A DNA stretch of 64,000 nucleotides from Turneriella sp. GTDB taxonomy: Bacteria; Spirochaetota; Leptospiria; Turneriellales; Turneriellaceae. Both the position numbers and the translations under genes were made by a program. Positions 1-10,519 of this stretch are shown piece after piece (position 1 is the first letter of the stretch; each line of letters opens with the position of its first letter). The stretch covers positions 3,936,001 to 4,000,000 of the forward strand of contig CBDIID010000003.1 in assembly GCA_965279515.1 (NCBI GenBank), written 5' to 3'. Below the pieces are notes generated by a model, which made no database searches, was not told the origin of the DNA, and saw only the letters and a list, made by a program, of their open reading frames with translations.

Positions 1-1162
1 TCAGCAGTTTTCTTCTCTTTTGTAACGAATCATCAATGCGCCAGCTCCAAAGGCTGACAAAAATCAAGATTAGACCGAAGCTCGCCACCCACATGAATCG
101 TGCAGGCACCCGGACCGCGCCATGCATTAATTTTCTGAAAAGATTCCACAGAATTTCATTACCTATGTAGACAAAAACACTGCTCACTAGAAAGATACCA
201 AAAAATAGCATGAATTTTTCAATTTTCATTTCTTTCCAGGGCCTGGCTGATCGCCGGTAAAGAAACCAATACAGTGGTAGCGAAAATAATGTGCCCAATA
301 AGGGGGCGACATGGGCTTCATGAGGCCCGTAACTGCCCCATTTAGCACTTAACGCGGTTTGTAAGAATGGCCAAAAAAGCGCCTCAACTGCTGTCAGCAA
401 TGGGATTGAACCATCACCACTCAACGCTCTTTCCGGCCTTAATTTCAGGAATGCCATAAGTTTCGGCAAGCTAATTATTAAAGCGATGAGGGCAGAGCAA
501 AGGAAACTAGTCACTGTGAGCGCAATTTTATCAGTCTTCCAGATTTTTTTCCAGATAGAATAAAAGAATCCGTACATAACTGTGACCGGGAATATCAGGT
601 AGATCATTGCATGAAAGGCCGGAGCGAGAACGAACAAGCCGGCTGAAACACCGAGAAAAATGGTACCCTTTAGCCGGCTGGTTCCAGTCTTTGCGTCAAT
701 TACCATTTCAATCAGTTTTAGGAAAAGAGGCAATAATAATCCATACATGAAAAAATCATTTCCCCAGCTCACCCTCCAGAATACCCAAGTATTCATAGTC
801 CACGCAGATCCTCCGAGAAGGGCAGCGGTTTCACCTACCCATCTTCTTATCCAGAAATAGAAAAAGATAAACCCGGAAAAACTAAGGAGCAAAATTACGA
901 GTCGTAGCGATAAAGTTGACCCGAAAAATAAATTTATCGGCGTAAAAATGGAAAACAACGGATTCTGCAAATCCTGTATGAGATAAGACCCCTGGTTCCA
1001 AAGAAAACTAAAATAGGGAAATTGATAGTGAACAGATAAGGCATTTTGAATAATCGCCCCTTGCGATTCCGATATGTACCAATCTCCGCCGGTCCAAAAC
1101 AAAGAAAAAATAAATACCGCGAGACTGCAAAATGCCGCGTAAATGAATGTACTGCGATTCAT
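1..1162 (-). CDS. Polytopic membrane protein, GT-C/YfhO-like glycosyltransferase (partial, runs off the left edge)
   Basis: Not in the ORF track. I translated both ends of the frame from ATG 1162: MNRSTFIYAAFCSLAVFIFSLFWTGGDWY...QFPYFSFLWNQGSYLIQDLQNPLFS, with many hydrophobic segments and RVPARF near the edge. It lies in a glycan locus. Confidence 0.6.
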   Translation of the reverse strand, partial: MNRSTFIYAAFCSLAVFIFSLFWTGGDWYISESQGAIIQNALSVHYQFPYFSFLWNQGSYLIQDLQNPLFSIFTPINLFFGSTLSLRLVILLLSFSGFIFFYFWIRRWVGETAALLGGSAWTMNTWVFWRVSWGNDFFMYGLLLPLFLKLIEMVIDAKTGTSRLKGTIFLGVSAGLFVLAPAFHAMIYLIFPVTVMYGFFYSIWKKIWKTDKIALTVTSFLCSALIALIISLPKLMAFLKLRPERALSGDGSIPLLTAVEALFWPFLQTALSAKWGSYGPHEAHVAPLLGTLFSLPLYWFLYRRSARPWKEMKIEKFMLFFGIFLVSSVFVYIGNEILWNLFRKLMHGAVRVPARFMWVASFGLILIFVSLWSWRIDDSLQKRRKLL

Positions 1163-1194
1163 ACAGAATGAATCAAACACCAATTCGTGCAATA

Positions 1195-2136
1195 CTATTC
1201 AGTGCGAAAATAGAAATATTCTCCAAAATAACTACGCATGAAATAGTATAAGTCATTGAGTATCCTGGCATTTCCGTGCAGCTCCCGATTTGAAAAATTA
1301 ATATAATTGCTAACTTTCAGGTTTTCGGGGATTGATGCCGTGCAAAAAATAAATATTTGCGACGCAGTAACTACCGAAGGTTTATTGACATCATAAAGGA
1401 TTATGCTCCATTTTTTACCTTTCCAGCAGCCATGGCCGTCATCCAGAAATCCATTGTATCGGCAGAAAGTTTCCAGCATTTGTCTGACTCGATCAAGACG
1501 TGATTGTGAATTGACTTTCTGCATTATTTTTGTTGCAGAAGTAATTCTTTTTGCAGGCGCGCCGGCGAAAAATTCTTTTGCAGGAACATCTTTTACTATC
1601 GTCGAACATGAACCAACGATGCTATGAGCACCAACTTTTACTCCTGGTCCAACAAATACTCTGGCCTGCAACCAGGCATGATCCATGATCTCTATGGATC
1701 CGAACTTTCTGGGATATCCCTCGGTATACGGTAAAAAAACTCCGTGAGTAAATGCCAGAGAATGGGGTCCCAGACCGGAGAAATCGCCCATCGAAAAGTT
1801 TTCATAATTGTTTATTACCGATCGGAATCCGATGTAGCAAAACTTACCAATAGAAACCGACCCTTCTCCGTAAAACCAGCAACCAAGACTGATAATCGCC
1901 TGTTCACCAATCTGAATTTTGTTGCCAAAAATCCAAGTGAGATGTCCCACCTCCACTCTGTCACCAATGTGGCATGAATTGCCAAAAATCCCTGAGAACC
2001 ATCCCCATTGGACGCGCCTGCCGACAGAATATCCGATCAGCCGGTAACAGAGCGACTTGAGCGCTGGTGGCAACAGGCAAATGATGAACAGAAAGAATAG
2101 CTTGAATTTCGGCGTGGAAGCAGGGCCTAAATTCAA
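1195..2136 (-). CDS. Hexapeptide-repeat (left-handed beta-helix) O-acyltransferase
   Basis: IG-x4 repeats, a THG motif and FFAGAPAKRI. Start placed at TTG 2136, overlapping the TGA of the upstream GT2; the track start at 2244 overlaps that gene too far. Confidence 0.75.
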   Translation of the reverse strand: MNLGPASTPKFKLFFLFIICLLPPALKSLCYRLIGYSVGRRVQWGWFSGIFGNSCHIGDRVEVGHLTWIFGNKIQIGEQAIISLGCWFYGEGSVSIGKFCYIGFRSVINNYENFSMGDFSGLGPHSLAFTHGVFLPYTEGYPRKFGSIEIMDHAWLQARVFVGPGVKVGAHSIVGSCSTIVKDVPAKEFFAGAPAKRITSATKIMQKVNSQSRLDRVRQMLETFCRYNGFLDDGHGCWKGKKWSIILYDVNKPSVVTASQIFIFCTASIPENLKVSNYINFSNRELHGNARILNDLYYFMRSYFGEYFYFRTE

Positions 2137-2888
2137 TTGCCGTACCCGATTACTGGAAGCGGCAACCGCAATGCCATCCAAATATATTTTACCCCTCTGC
2201 GAAAGAGCTTTGTAAAAGTGTTGCCTGTTTTCGATTCGCCCCATTCTCTGGGTGGGCTTTTAAATGGAATCTCTTTAATCTGAATTTTCTCGCGGCGTTC
2301 TAAAAAATACATAAGTGCAATGAAATATTCTCCGTAATCACCTATCCAAGAATGTCGGCGCAAGGCATCCGAACGACAGACTATAAAGCCGCTGGTATAA
2401 TCTCTTATGCTGAGACGAAGCCAAAACCGAATTAGGAAATTCAGCAGCGTTGAAAGCATAACGGCAGCCTTAGAATCAACAGCATTGGCCTCTAGATTCT
2501 TCTGACTGCCGCCAGCAATAAACCTGGAACCCATAGCGCAGCCGGTAATTCTGGCTTCTTTCAGCAAGAGGGGTAAATATTCGGGCGGATGAGAAAAATC
2601 AGCATCCATCCAAGCTACAAATTTTGTCTGTGCCGCAAAGACACCATCTTTTATTGAACCCGTTAGGCCAGGATTTGCCATTCGTGCATTGAGTTTTATA
2701 GCAGGATTTTGCTTCATCATTCTGCTGACAATTTTCTGAGTATCATCGCTTGAGTTATCGTCAGACACGATCACTTGTGCGTCGGGGACGTGATAAAAAA
2801 TATCATTCAGCAATTTTTCTATGTTCCCGGCTTCATTAAGTGTTGGTAGAACAACCGTCAGGTCGGCAGATACGGTCTTATTTTTCAT
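2133..2888 (-). CDS. GT2 polyprenol/dolichol-phosphate mannosyltransferase-like (DPM1 family)
   Basis: Motifs VVLPTLNEAGNI, DDNSSDDT, MDADFSHPP, GSRFIAGG, DYTSGF and REWGESK. Confidence 0.85.
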   Translation of the reverse strand: MKNKTVSADLTVVLPTLNEAGNIEKLLNDIFYHVPDAQVIVSDDNSSDDTQKIVSRMMKQNPAIKLNARMANPGLTGSIKDGVFAAQTKFVAWMDADFSHPPEYLPLLLKEARITGCAMGSRFIAGGSQKNLEANAVDSKAAVMLSTLLNFLIRFWLRLSIRDYTSGFIVCRSDALRRHSWIGDYGEYFIALMYFLERREKIQIKEIPFKSPPREWGESKTGNTFTKLFRRGVKYIWMALRLPLPVIGYGN

Positions 2889-3048
2889 CTTCGATGGTTT
2901 TTGCACCCACGTTGGGCGCGCCATCGTATTTACCTGTTCACGTACTGTAAACGTAAAAAGAGTTCAGTTGTAGAGAACGAGTGATCGTAGATTTACATAC
3001 CCGCACACAGTTTGGCTCTTATGGGGGTATGAATAAGAAAGATTTTTA

Positions 3049-6000
3049 TCAGCGATCAGTATGGGTCAGACCGAATCGCACTAATAAACTCGTAGCAGAA
3101 GCCGAATGTTTCTGGAGACCAATCCTGCCTGCTTTCTGATATATTGCCATAAATTCAGACAATTTAGATCTGAATGCCGGAAGGTGTTTATGCCGTGCAA
3201 TGAAGCGTTCCATTGAAAAGTACTGCTGATTATTTTCCGTATCCTCAAAATAGATTTTCTCCAGGAAATGCAGTGCACCTGGTAGGTTATGCGTTCGCCA
3301 ATGATCGATCTCGGCAGGATTTGCACCTTTCAGCTCTGCGAGGTCGTACAGCTCTGGCAGTCGTTCCAGCACCCACAGAGGAGCATATTTCCCCCAGGAA
3401 ACATTCATATTGACTACAAGGCTGGGAGTTCCAACCCAATACCCTGCTTCATTCATCATGTGTTGGCAAACGTAATACGAAGTAGGTATACAGGTTAACA
3501 TAGTCGAAAAAGGGCGGCCTTGAGTGTTTTGTGAGTATGCTCGCAGAGCATGATCGCGGCGGAATATCAGACAGTAAATTGCCGTAAAAAAATTCTCGCA
3601 CACAGCTGCGATCTTGGAAATCGGGGCATATAAATCTTGTGTCGGTGGCCGGATGGGTACGCCATCCCTCAAGTGTTTATCGATGTTTTTTGCCTTATCG
3701 GCGTCTGCGATTGTTGTATATGCATAGTTTAGGTAGACGAGGCTAACCTCTGGATGCTCGATAATTGCTTTCAAAGCTTTTTCTACAGCGCCGTACTGAA
3801 GCAAGTCGTCGTCACCGAGTATCCAAACATATTGCCCTTGGGTGCTCTGTGCTGTGACTTTGAGGTTTCCCAGCATGCCTACGTTTTCAGGATTACGAAT
3901 ATAGCGGAAGCCGGATTCCGATAAATAGGGTTCAACAACTTGCGGCGTTTCGTCTGTGGACGTATTGTCACAAACGATCACCTCCACGATATCGCGATAC
4001 CGGGCGGTTTGCTTTAAAAGCAGCGGTAAGCTTAGGGCCAGCCATGAAGCCCGGTTGTATGTGGAAATACAAATCGAGAGAATAGGTGCGTGAAAAACTG
4101 AACGAGATGGCATGACATGAGCCGGTGGAAAGATATTAGCACGCCATTCTGAGCTAGCTACCAGTTCAGCCAAAACCTCATCTCCGTATTCCTTCCATGT
4201 CTTAAATGTGCGACTGGTTGCCTCATCTCTCAGCTGTGCGAGCACGGCAGGATTTGCAACCAGATCTACAATTGCCTGGGCTAGCACTTCCGGATTTGCG
4301 GTCTCAACCAGGACGCATCCACCTTCTTCGGCAATTTCTTTCATCGAGCTGGCATTGCGGCAAATGCAGGGACGCGCATACCATAAGCTTTCTAAAATGG
4401 GCAGTCCAAAACCCTCTTCAAGCGAAGGATAAACAGTAAAATCGCAGCTAAGGTATAAATCGTGCAAGACCCGATCATCCGGATGGGGCATCCAGATGAT
4501 ATCGCTATCCTTCTCGCAATATTCCCTGACGATTTTTTCAATATCTGGAAAAGGAGCTTGTCCGGCTAGAATCAGCTTTAGCGGGACCTTCGTGGTCAAT
4601 TTTGCCTGCTGGAAGGCTTGAAGCAATGTGATTTGATTCTTTCTGGGCTCCAGCGTTCCTACCGATAATATGGAGATAGTATCTCCCTTCCTCGTGCTCG
4701 CTCTGGGATCAAGTTGCCGTTCTATTTCCGGAAATTCTGCAGGTAGTAATATGGCTCTTAGGCGGTGGTCAACATTTACTAAGCGTTCAAGGTTCGAACG
4801 CAAATAATTCCATAGATCCGATTTGCTCTGATTTGATATGCAAAGTACCCGATCAAAAAGGGGGAGAGTCCTCATATAATCGGCGTGGGCAAGTTGTGCC
4901 TCTATGGGGTATAGTTCAGACATTTTATAAGGAATTGCGTCAAAGAATATGATAGCGGTTCGCATACCCCTTCTTTTGGCCTGCTGAATGATTTTATTGA
5001 CGGCAGGCGCGTTTGCATAAGTAATTAGTTCAGAAACGATGAGCCAGGCACCAGATTCATCTGATCCGGGGCTAGTCAGGTTCCACAAGTTTTCCTGCGG
5101 CCCGGTCCATTTTTCCAAATGTTCCAGGCCTGTCTGATCTGCGACGGCGAAATCGCCAGCTTTTGAATTCCAGGCAACTGGCGTTACGGGAATATCGGTT
5201 TTTTGCAAAACTGAAGCAAGCCCGCGGACAACCCTTTGGATTCCGGAGTTCGCTGGGTAATGTTGCGTGTGATCTACCCAGTAGAAGATTTTTTTAATTC
5301 GCGTTTGTGGAGCTGATTGGTTTTTAAGCTGTCCTGTGAGAGTTTGCGTGTATTCGGTCCAGCGGCTGTATTTTCGCTCCCGCAATTCATTCCGAAGCTG
5401 TGTGAGGAGATTTGGTTTAAGGATGAGCTTGGATATTCCTGAGAAAAAAGCCGTTTCAGACAGCATATCCACAGTTAGGCACCCGCCGCCCTCTGCCAGC
5501 GTTGCGGCGGATCCAAAATTTGCGCATAAGCAGGGTTTTCCCATCCACAAGCTTTGTATTATGGGAAATACAGAACTCCCTTCTATCGATGGGGAAATCG
5601 TAAAATCGCACTTCTCATAGCATTCATCTAACTTTTCCCGATCGATATCGAGCAAGTGGTGGACTTTTGGATTTTCAAGTAAGGCGGCCTCAATCTCTCC
5701 TTTGATAGATGGATGAATATCGCCGGTCAAAAATAATTTGATTTCTGATTCCGGGAAATCCAGACAGAATTTTTTAAACAGCCGCAGTAGTTGGAGATGA
5801 TTATTTTGAGGTTCAATGGGACCGACGCTCAGAATATTCCCAGTGGGCTTATGCTCAGCATCTGGTATTCGCCTTTCCTGATCTAATATTTCCGATGGAA
5901 GCTGTAGGGGGGCGATTGGGGGCAGGTTTTCCGTTCGAAAGTAACATCGGTTCAGGTAAAAGGAGACTAGATCTTCCGCAGCCTGAACAGAAATAGGCAG

Positions 6001-6489
6001 AATGAGATCAGCAAACACCAGTTGTTGCACATACTCGGCATGCTGTTGCTGTAAATCTGCATAATATGGGTATTTAAGCCAAATAGCATCATGGAAAAGG
6101 AACGCCGTTCTTAGCCTGTGTTGGACACAATAGTCCAAAAGATCATTTGTCCGGAAGGACACGAGTTGGCTATGGAGTATTTCCGGTATCAGAAGCCATT
6201 GAAAGGCGGCGGATTCCGCAGAATTCTCCTCCACAAGAATAGCGGTTTCTTTGTCCGCCGGATAGCTACGAATCTGTTCTGCCGATAAGATAGGGCCAAT
6301 TCGCGAAAAAATATTTTTTAAATACTGCTGCTCAAGGAGAATGATTGCTTTTCGGTCTGCGCACCAGGTTACAAAGCTTACTTCGTGCCCTGCGGCGATT
6401 AGGGATTGTGCAAGCGCCCGAACAATGCGCTGGGGTTCCGAATAATCTGGAAATCTAATCGTCTGATCAACAAAATAGAATAATTTCAT
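3049..6489 (-). CDS. Multidomain glycosyltransferase GT4-GT4-GT2 (polymerase-like)
   Basis: Two homologous GT4 modules, the second with GTLEPRKN and EGFGLPILE. C-terminal GT2 with ISTYNRA, DNTSTDET and GDDD. Start at ATG 6489 or TTG 6516. Confidence 0.85.
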   Translation of the reverse strand: MKLFYFVDQTIRFPDYSEPQRIVRALAQSLIAAGHEVSFVTWCADRKAIILLEQQYLKNIFSRIGPILSAEQIRSYPADKETAILVEENSAESAAFQWLLIPEILHSQLVSFRTNDLLDYCVQHRLRTAFLFHDAIWLKYPYYADLQQQHAEYVQQLVFADLILPISVQAAEDLVSFYLNRCYFRTENLPPIAPLQLPSEILDQERRIPDAEHKPTGNILSVGPIEPQNNHLQLLRLFKKFCLDFPESEIKLFLTGDIHPSIKGEIEAALLENPKVHHLLDIDREKLDECYEKCDFTISPSIEGSSVFPIIQSLWMGKPCLCANFGSAATLAEGGGCLTVDMLSETAFFSGISKLILKPNLLTQLRNELRERKYSRWTEYTQTLTGQLKNQSAPQTRIKKIFYWVDHTQHYPANSGIQRVVRGLASVLQKTDIPVTPVAWNSKAGDFAVADQTGLEHLEKWTGPQENLWNLTSPGSDESGAWLIVSELITYANAPAVNKIIQQAKRRGMRTAIIFFDAIPYKMSELYPIEAQLAHADYMRTLPLFDRVLCISNQSKSDLWNYLRSNLERLVNVDHRLRAILLPAEFPEIERQLDPRASTRKGDTISILSVGTLEPRKNQITLLQAFQQAKLTTKVPLKLILAGQAPFPDIEKIVREYCEKDSDIIWMPHPDDRVLHDLYLSCDFTVYPSLEEGFGLPILESLWYARPCICRNASSMKEIAEEGGCVLVETANPEVLAQAIVDLVANPAVLAQLRDEATSRTFKTWKEYGDEVLAELVASSEWRANIFPPAHVMPSRSVFHAPILSICISTYNRASWLALSLPLLLKQTARYRDIVEVIVCDNTSTDETPQVVEPYLSESGFRYIRNPENVGMLGNLKVTAQSTQGQYVWILGDDDLLQYGAVEKALKAIIEHPEVSLVYLNYAYTTIADADKAKNIDKHLRDGVPIRPPTQDLYAPISKIAAVCENFFTAIYCLIFRRDHALRAYSQNTQGRPFSTMLTCIPTSYYVCQHMMNEAGYWVGTPSLVVNMNVSWGKYAPLWVLERLPELYDLAELKGANPAEIDHWRTHNLPGALHFLEKIYFEDTENNQQYFSMERFIARHKHLPAFRSKLSEFMAIYQKAGRIGLQKHSASATSLLVRFGLTHTDR

Positions 6490-6520
6490 CGTGGCGTATC
6501 CGAACAGGGGCAGCAATTCA

Positions 6521-7027
6521 TCAAAATCCGGATTTTCTTATTCGATTTAGAATGTCCTCGGGGGCAATAGCGGGGTGACCATTTGGAACACTTGTATACA
6601 TTAGATATGAAATACCAGATAGTTTTCTGTCTCTTTCCTTTTGCTGCAATTCTTTCGTCAAGATCTCCGAGTTTCTAAAAAAAAAAATATCAAACTTATC
6701 TGTGCTTGGTTGGATTATGTGAAGTCGTGTTGAAATGTTCTTAATCTTGCTTAATAGCCGGCTCACTCTTGATTTGATGCCATGAATATGCAGTTTCCTG
6801 AAGAGATGGTCCTTAATCCGGCGAATGGCGAAAGCCAAACGCAAGATAGGGGTATTCAGAATTTTTTGTAATTTTGATTCTGCGCGGATCGCGCGCAGTT
6901 CGGCACGCTCAGCTTCCGCTTCAGCATCCCTCGCTTTCGCTTCGGCTCTGACAATTCGCGACTCCGCTCGCAGGAGTTGTACCTCTGCTGTAGGGGGCGT
7001 TAGCTGCTCGGCTTTAGGCTTATTCAA
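6521..7027 (-). CDS. Coiled-coil protein resembling the coiled-coil/amphipathic tail of O-antigen chain-length regulators
   Basis: RAESRIVRAEAKARDAEAEAERAELRAIRAESKLQKILNTPILRLAFAIRRIK, directly upstream of the multidomain GT. Confidence 0.5.
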   Translation of the reverse strand: MNKPKAEQLTPPTAEVQLLRAESRIVRAEAKARDAEAEAERAELRAIRAESKLQKILNTPILRLAFAIRRIKDHLFRKLHIHGIKSRVSRLLSKIKNISTRLHIIQPSTDKFDIFFFRNSEILTKELQQKERDRKLSGISYLMYTSVPNGHPAIAPEDILNRIRKSGF

Positions 7028-7102
7028 AGTAATATCTCAGCTCAACAGGCGAATATTAAAATCCCAATAAAGACTAAATTTATTGGGCGGCTGTCAACCA
7101 AA

Positions 7103-7128
7103 ATTACCAATATAGATTACCAATATAG
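7103..7128. repeat. 13-bp perfect tandem repeat ATTACCAATATAG x2
   Basis: Read directly in the divergent intergenic region before pckG. Confidence 0.85.
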
Positions 7129-7415
7129 ATGAACCCGGATCCTCCCCAGCCTCCAGAAAATCGTGGAATGATAAACACCCGTATAAGAGCTTGAATCGAA
7201 GTCAGTATTTTTCTCAAAATAATCCGGTCAGGGATTTTTGACCATCCCCCTAATGCGGTTTGCCGCGTATTGTTTTGCGGCAGCATCTTCCACAGTGAAT
7301 CCGGGTTTTGCACTTGGGTAGGCGTGCCCGTTTTTCAGGCGACTTGTCGCTTTTTCGGCTTAGATTCAGCTTTAGTTTGACAATATGAATTTGAAACTAT
7401 TTTCATGGCGGCTAC

Positions 7416-9275
7416 ATGCAAAAACCCGATTTCGTAACAAACCAGCGCCTATTGACTTGGGTCGAGGCTATGGCAAACCTCACCCAACCCGATGATATCT
7501 ACTTTTGTGATGGCAGCGATGAAGAATATGATCGCCTTTGCGCCGAGATGGTCGCCAAAGGCACCTTCATCAAGCTGAATCCAGAGAAGCGGCCCAATAG
7601 CTTTCTGACTCGTTCTGACCCATCCGATGTTGCCCGTGTAGAAGATCGCACTTTTATCTGCAGCAAGCGCCGCGAAGATGCCGGCCCTACCAATAACTGG
7701 CTTGATCCTCGTGAGATGAAAAGCACCTTAAACAGCCTGTTTAACGGCTGTATGCGCGGGCGTACGATGTATGTGGTGCCTTTTTGCATGGGCCCGGTTA
7801 AATCAGAAATGTCCCTGTATGGTGTGCAGATTACAGATTCTCCTTATGCAGTTGTTAGCATGCGTATTATGACCCGGATGGGTAAACAAGCGCTCGATGT
7901 GATTGGCGATGGTAACTTTATTCCTTGCATGCATTCGGTCGGCGCACCGCTTGCAAAAGGTGAGAAGGATGTACTTTGGCCTTGCAATAAAGATAACAAA
8001 TATATTGTTCATTTTCCTGAAGAGCGCGCAATCTGGTCCTTCGGTTCTGGCTATGGTGGAAACGCCTTGTTAGGAAAAAAGTGCCTTGCGCTCAGAATTG
8101 CCTCCGTCATCGGACGTGACGAAGGCTGGCTTGCAGAACACATGCTTATTCTCGGGATGGAGAGACCCAATAAGGAAAAAACGTATGTTGCCGCCGCTTT
8201 TCCGTCAGCTTGCGGTAAGACAAACTTTGCAATGATGATTCCACCCGAACATTATAAAGGTTACAAGGTCACGACAGTTGGGGATGACATCGCATGGATC
8301 AGACCAGCAGCGGATGGTGGTCTTGTCGCGATCAATCCCGAAGCCGGATACTTCGGAGTTTTACCTGGAACATCGCGCGAGTCGAATAAGAACGCAATGG
8401 AGATTATCAGCAAAAATACCATTTTTACCAATGTCGCCCTGACGCCAGACGGAGATGTATGGTGGGAAGGTATGACAGAGAAACCACCTGCTGGTATTAT
8501 CGACTGGACTGGCCAGCCTTGGACGGCGGATTCCGGGAGAAAAGCCGCACATCCAAATGCGCGTTTTACTTCTCCGGCAACGCAGAATCCGGCACTGGAC
8601 AGTGATTTTGACAACCCAAAAGGTGTTAAAATCAGTGCGTTTATTTTCGGAGGCCGTCGCTCAACAACAGTCCCGTTGGTTTTTCAGGCAGTGAACTGGA
8701 ACCACGGCGTTTATTTTGCGGCGACAATTGGTTCAGAAATGACTGCGGCCGCAGCTGGTACAATCGGCCAGGTTCGCCGTGATCCTTTTGCAATGTTGCC
8801 TTTTGGCGGTTACCATATGGCTGATTATTTTAATCATTGGCTGCAGATGGGGCGTGACTTGGGCAATCCACCGAGGATGTTTTTTGTAAATTGGTTTAGA
8901 AAGGATAAAGACGGTAAGTTTGTCTGGCCCGGTTTTGGCGAAAATACGCGAGTGCTCAAATGGATTGTTGATCGTGTGCACGGCATGGGGACCGCAAGCG
9001 AAAGCCCTCTCGGCTGGATGCCACGTTACGAAGAGATGGACTGGGACGGACTGGAATTCAGCCGCGAACAATTTAACGAGTTGATGACCATCGATACACG
9101 CCTCTATAAAGATGAAGTTTTGCAGCACGAAGAGTTTTTTGATCGTATCTACGATCGTCTTCCAAAGGAACTTTTCTTTATCCGTCAGCTTTTACTCTCG
9201 AGCCTTTGGCGTTCGGGTGACAAATGGTTGGTTGGAAGTAAGGCTGGTGAAACCACCCATATGACGAAGTTATAG
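7416..9275 (+). CDS. pckG: Phosphoenolpyruvate carboxykinase (GTP)
   Basis: [43 protein letters not shown] and VNWFRKD. Confidence 0.97.
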   Translation: MQKPDFVTNQRLLTWVEAMANLTQPDDIYFCDGSDEEYDRLCAEMVAKGTFIKLNPEKRPNSFLTRSDPSDVARVEDRTFICSKRREDAGPTNNWLDPREMKSTLNSLFNGCMRGRTMYVVPFCMGPVKSEMSLYGVQITDSPYAVVSMRIMTRMGKQALDVIGDGNFIPCMHSVGAPLAKGEKDVLWPCNKDNKYIVHFPEERAIWSFGSGYGGNALLGKKCLALRIASVIGRDEGWLAEHMLILGMERPNKEKTYVAAAFPSACGKTNFAMMIPPEHYKGYKVTTVGDDIAWIRPAADGGLVAINPEAGYFGVLPGTSRESNKNAMEIISKNTIFTNVALTPDGDVWWEGMTEKPPAGIIDWTGQPWTADSGRKAAHPNARFTSPATQNPALDSDFDNPKGVKISAFIFGGRRSTTVPLVFQAVNWNHGVYFAATIGSEMTAAAAGTIGQVRRDPFAMLPFGGYHMADYFNHWLQMGRDLGNPPRMFFVNWFRKDKDGKFVWPGFGENTRVLKWIVDRVHGMGTASESPLGWMPRYEEMDWDGLEFSREQFNELMTIDTRLYKDEVLQHEEFFDRIYDRLPKELFFIRQLLLSSLWRSGDKWLVGSKAGETTHMTKL

Positions 9276-9306
9276 TAAGCTACGCTCTGCGCATGCTGCG
9301 TAGACA

Positions 9307-10479
9307 ATGAAAATAGTAATCTTCAACAATTATCTGCACACGCGAGGCGGCGGAGAAAAATCGACTCTGGATTTTGCCGGATATTGCGCACTGCGTTATA
9401 AGGGCAGTGATATCACGATCACTTCGTGGAATGATCTCACGATCGACCTGAAAAGTTATGCGGCTTATTTCGGGCTTAAGGTGCCCAAAAACATAAAATT
9501 TAAGTCAATTCTGCGTGGGATTCCATCCTGGTTCCGCCGTTTGGCTAAAACCAGAATTTTTAAGCTCCTTTTTCAGGGATATTTACTGCGAAAGCAATTT
9601 TCAGACTGTGATCTGTTTATCAACCACACTGCTGCTTCGTTATGCGGCGGGATTGGCAAGCGAAATATCTATGTGATGATGTTTCCCTTTATCGGTAGTT
9701 CTAAAAATTTCGTTAAGAATATTGTCGGAATATTGTGGACCAGGCTGATATTGAAGAAATACGATCTAATCGCCGCCAATTCTAATTTTACGAGGGAGCT
9801 TGCGGAGAAGATGTATGGAATAAAGGGCAAGATCAGAACCATCTATCCGTGTTTTGAGCAGATTCCAGTGCGAAATACTCACAAGAGAAAAGGCAGTTTG
9901 AAGATTCTGTCTGTGGCCCGGTTCAGTGACCGGGGACATAGAAAGAGGCAAGATCTCTTACTGCTGGCATTTCAAAGTATTCTCAAAAAAATTCCCAACG
10001 CACAGCTTAAAATGATTGGGTCATTGGATGGGAAAAACTCTGAGGATTTACAGTTTTTTAAAAATCTCAAAAATACATCGAAGACTTTAAGCCTTCCCGT
10101 TACTTTTATTGCTAATGCGGAAATAGAGGAAAAAATCAAGGCATTACAATGGGCAGATGTTTTTTGGTTGGGGACGGGGTTTTTCGATACATCTCCGCCC
10201 AGGGAGATAGAAAAGGAACATTTTGGTATAGTTGTGTTAGAAGCTATGCAATTCGGGCTTATACCGTTTACGTATGCTGGGGGTGGTGTTGTCGAACTTT
10301 ATGAAGATGGGGTATCGGGTTTTAGTTGCCAGAGTGTTTCAGAGTTATCTCAAAAAACACTTGGTTTTGCCAAAAAGACTGCGGTACAGAGAAAGCATAT
10401 GCAGAAAGAAGCCATGCACCGGGTTGGGCGTTTCAGTAAAGCCGCGTTTTACAGAAGCCTTGATCAGGTTATGATTTAA
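9307..10479 (+). CDS. GT4 glycosyltransferase
   Basis: GGGEK at the N-terminus, ANSNFT, HRKRQD and EHFGIVVLEAM. Confidence 0.85.
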   Translation: MKIVIFNNYLHTRGGGEKSTLDFAGYCALRYKGSDITITSWNDLTIDLKSYAAYFGLKVPKNIKFKSILRGIPSWFRRLAKTRIFKLLFQGYLLRKQFSDCDLFINHTAASLCGGIGKRNIYVMMFPFIGSSKNFVKNIVGILWTRLILKKYDLIAANSNFTRELAEKMYGIKGKIRTIYPCFEQIPVRNTHKRKGSLKILSVARFSDRGHRKRQDLLLLAFQSILKKIPNAQLKMIGSLDGKNSEDLQFFKNLKNTSKTLSLPVTFIANAEIEEKIKALQWADVFWLGTGFFDTSPPREIEKEHFGIVVLEAMQFGLIPFTYAGGGVVELYEDGVSGFSCQSVSELSQKTLGFAKKTAVQRKHMQKEAMHRVGRFSKAAFYRSLDQVMI

Positions 10480-10519
10480 GATCTCCTCGCTGCGGTAGTT
10501 ATTCATGTTTTTTTTGGTG

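Noticed and set aside
7104..7313. 69-aa ORF in the pckG divergent gap
   Set aside because: GTG start, no recognisable motif, and it ends inside a tandem repeat. Probably non-coding.
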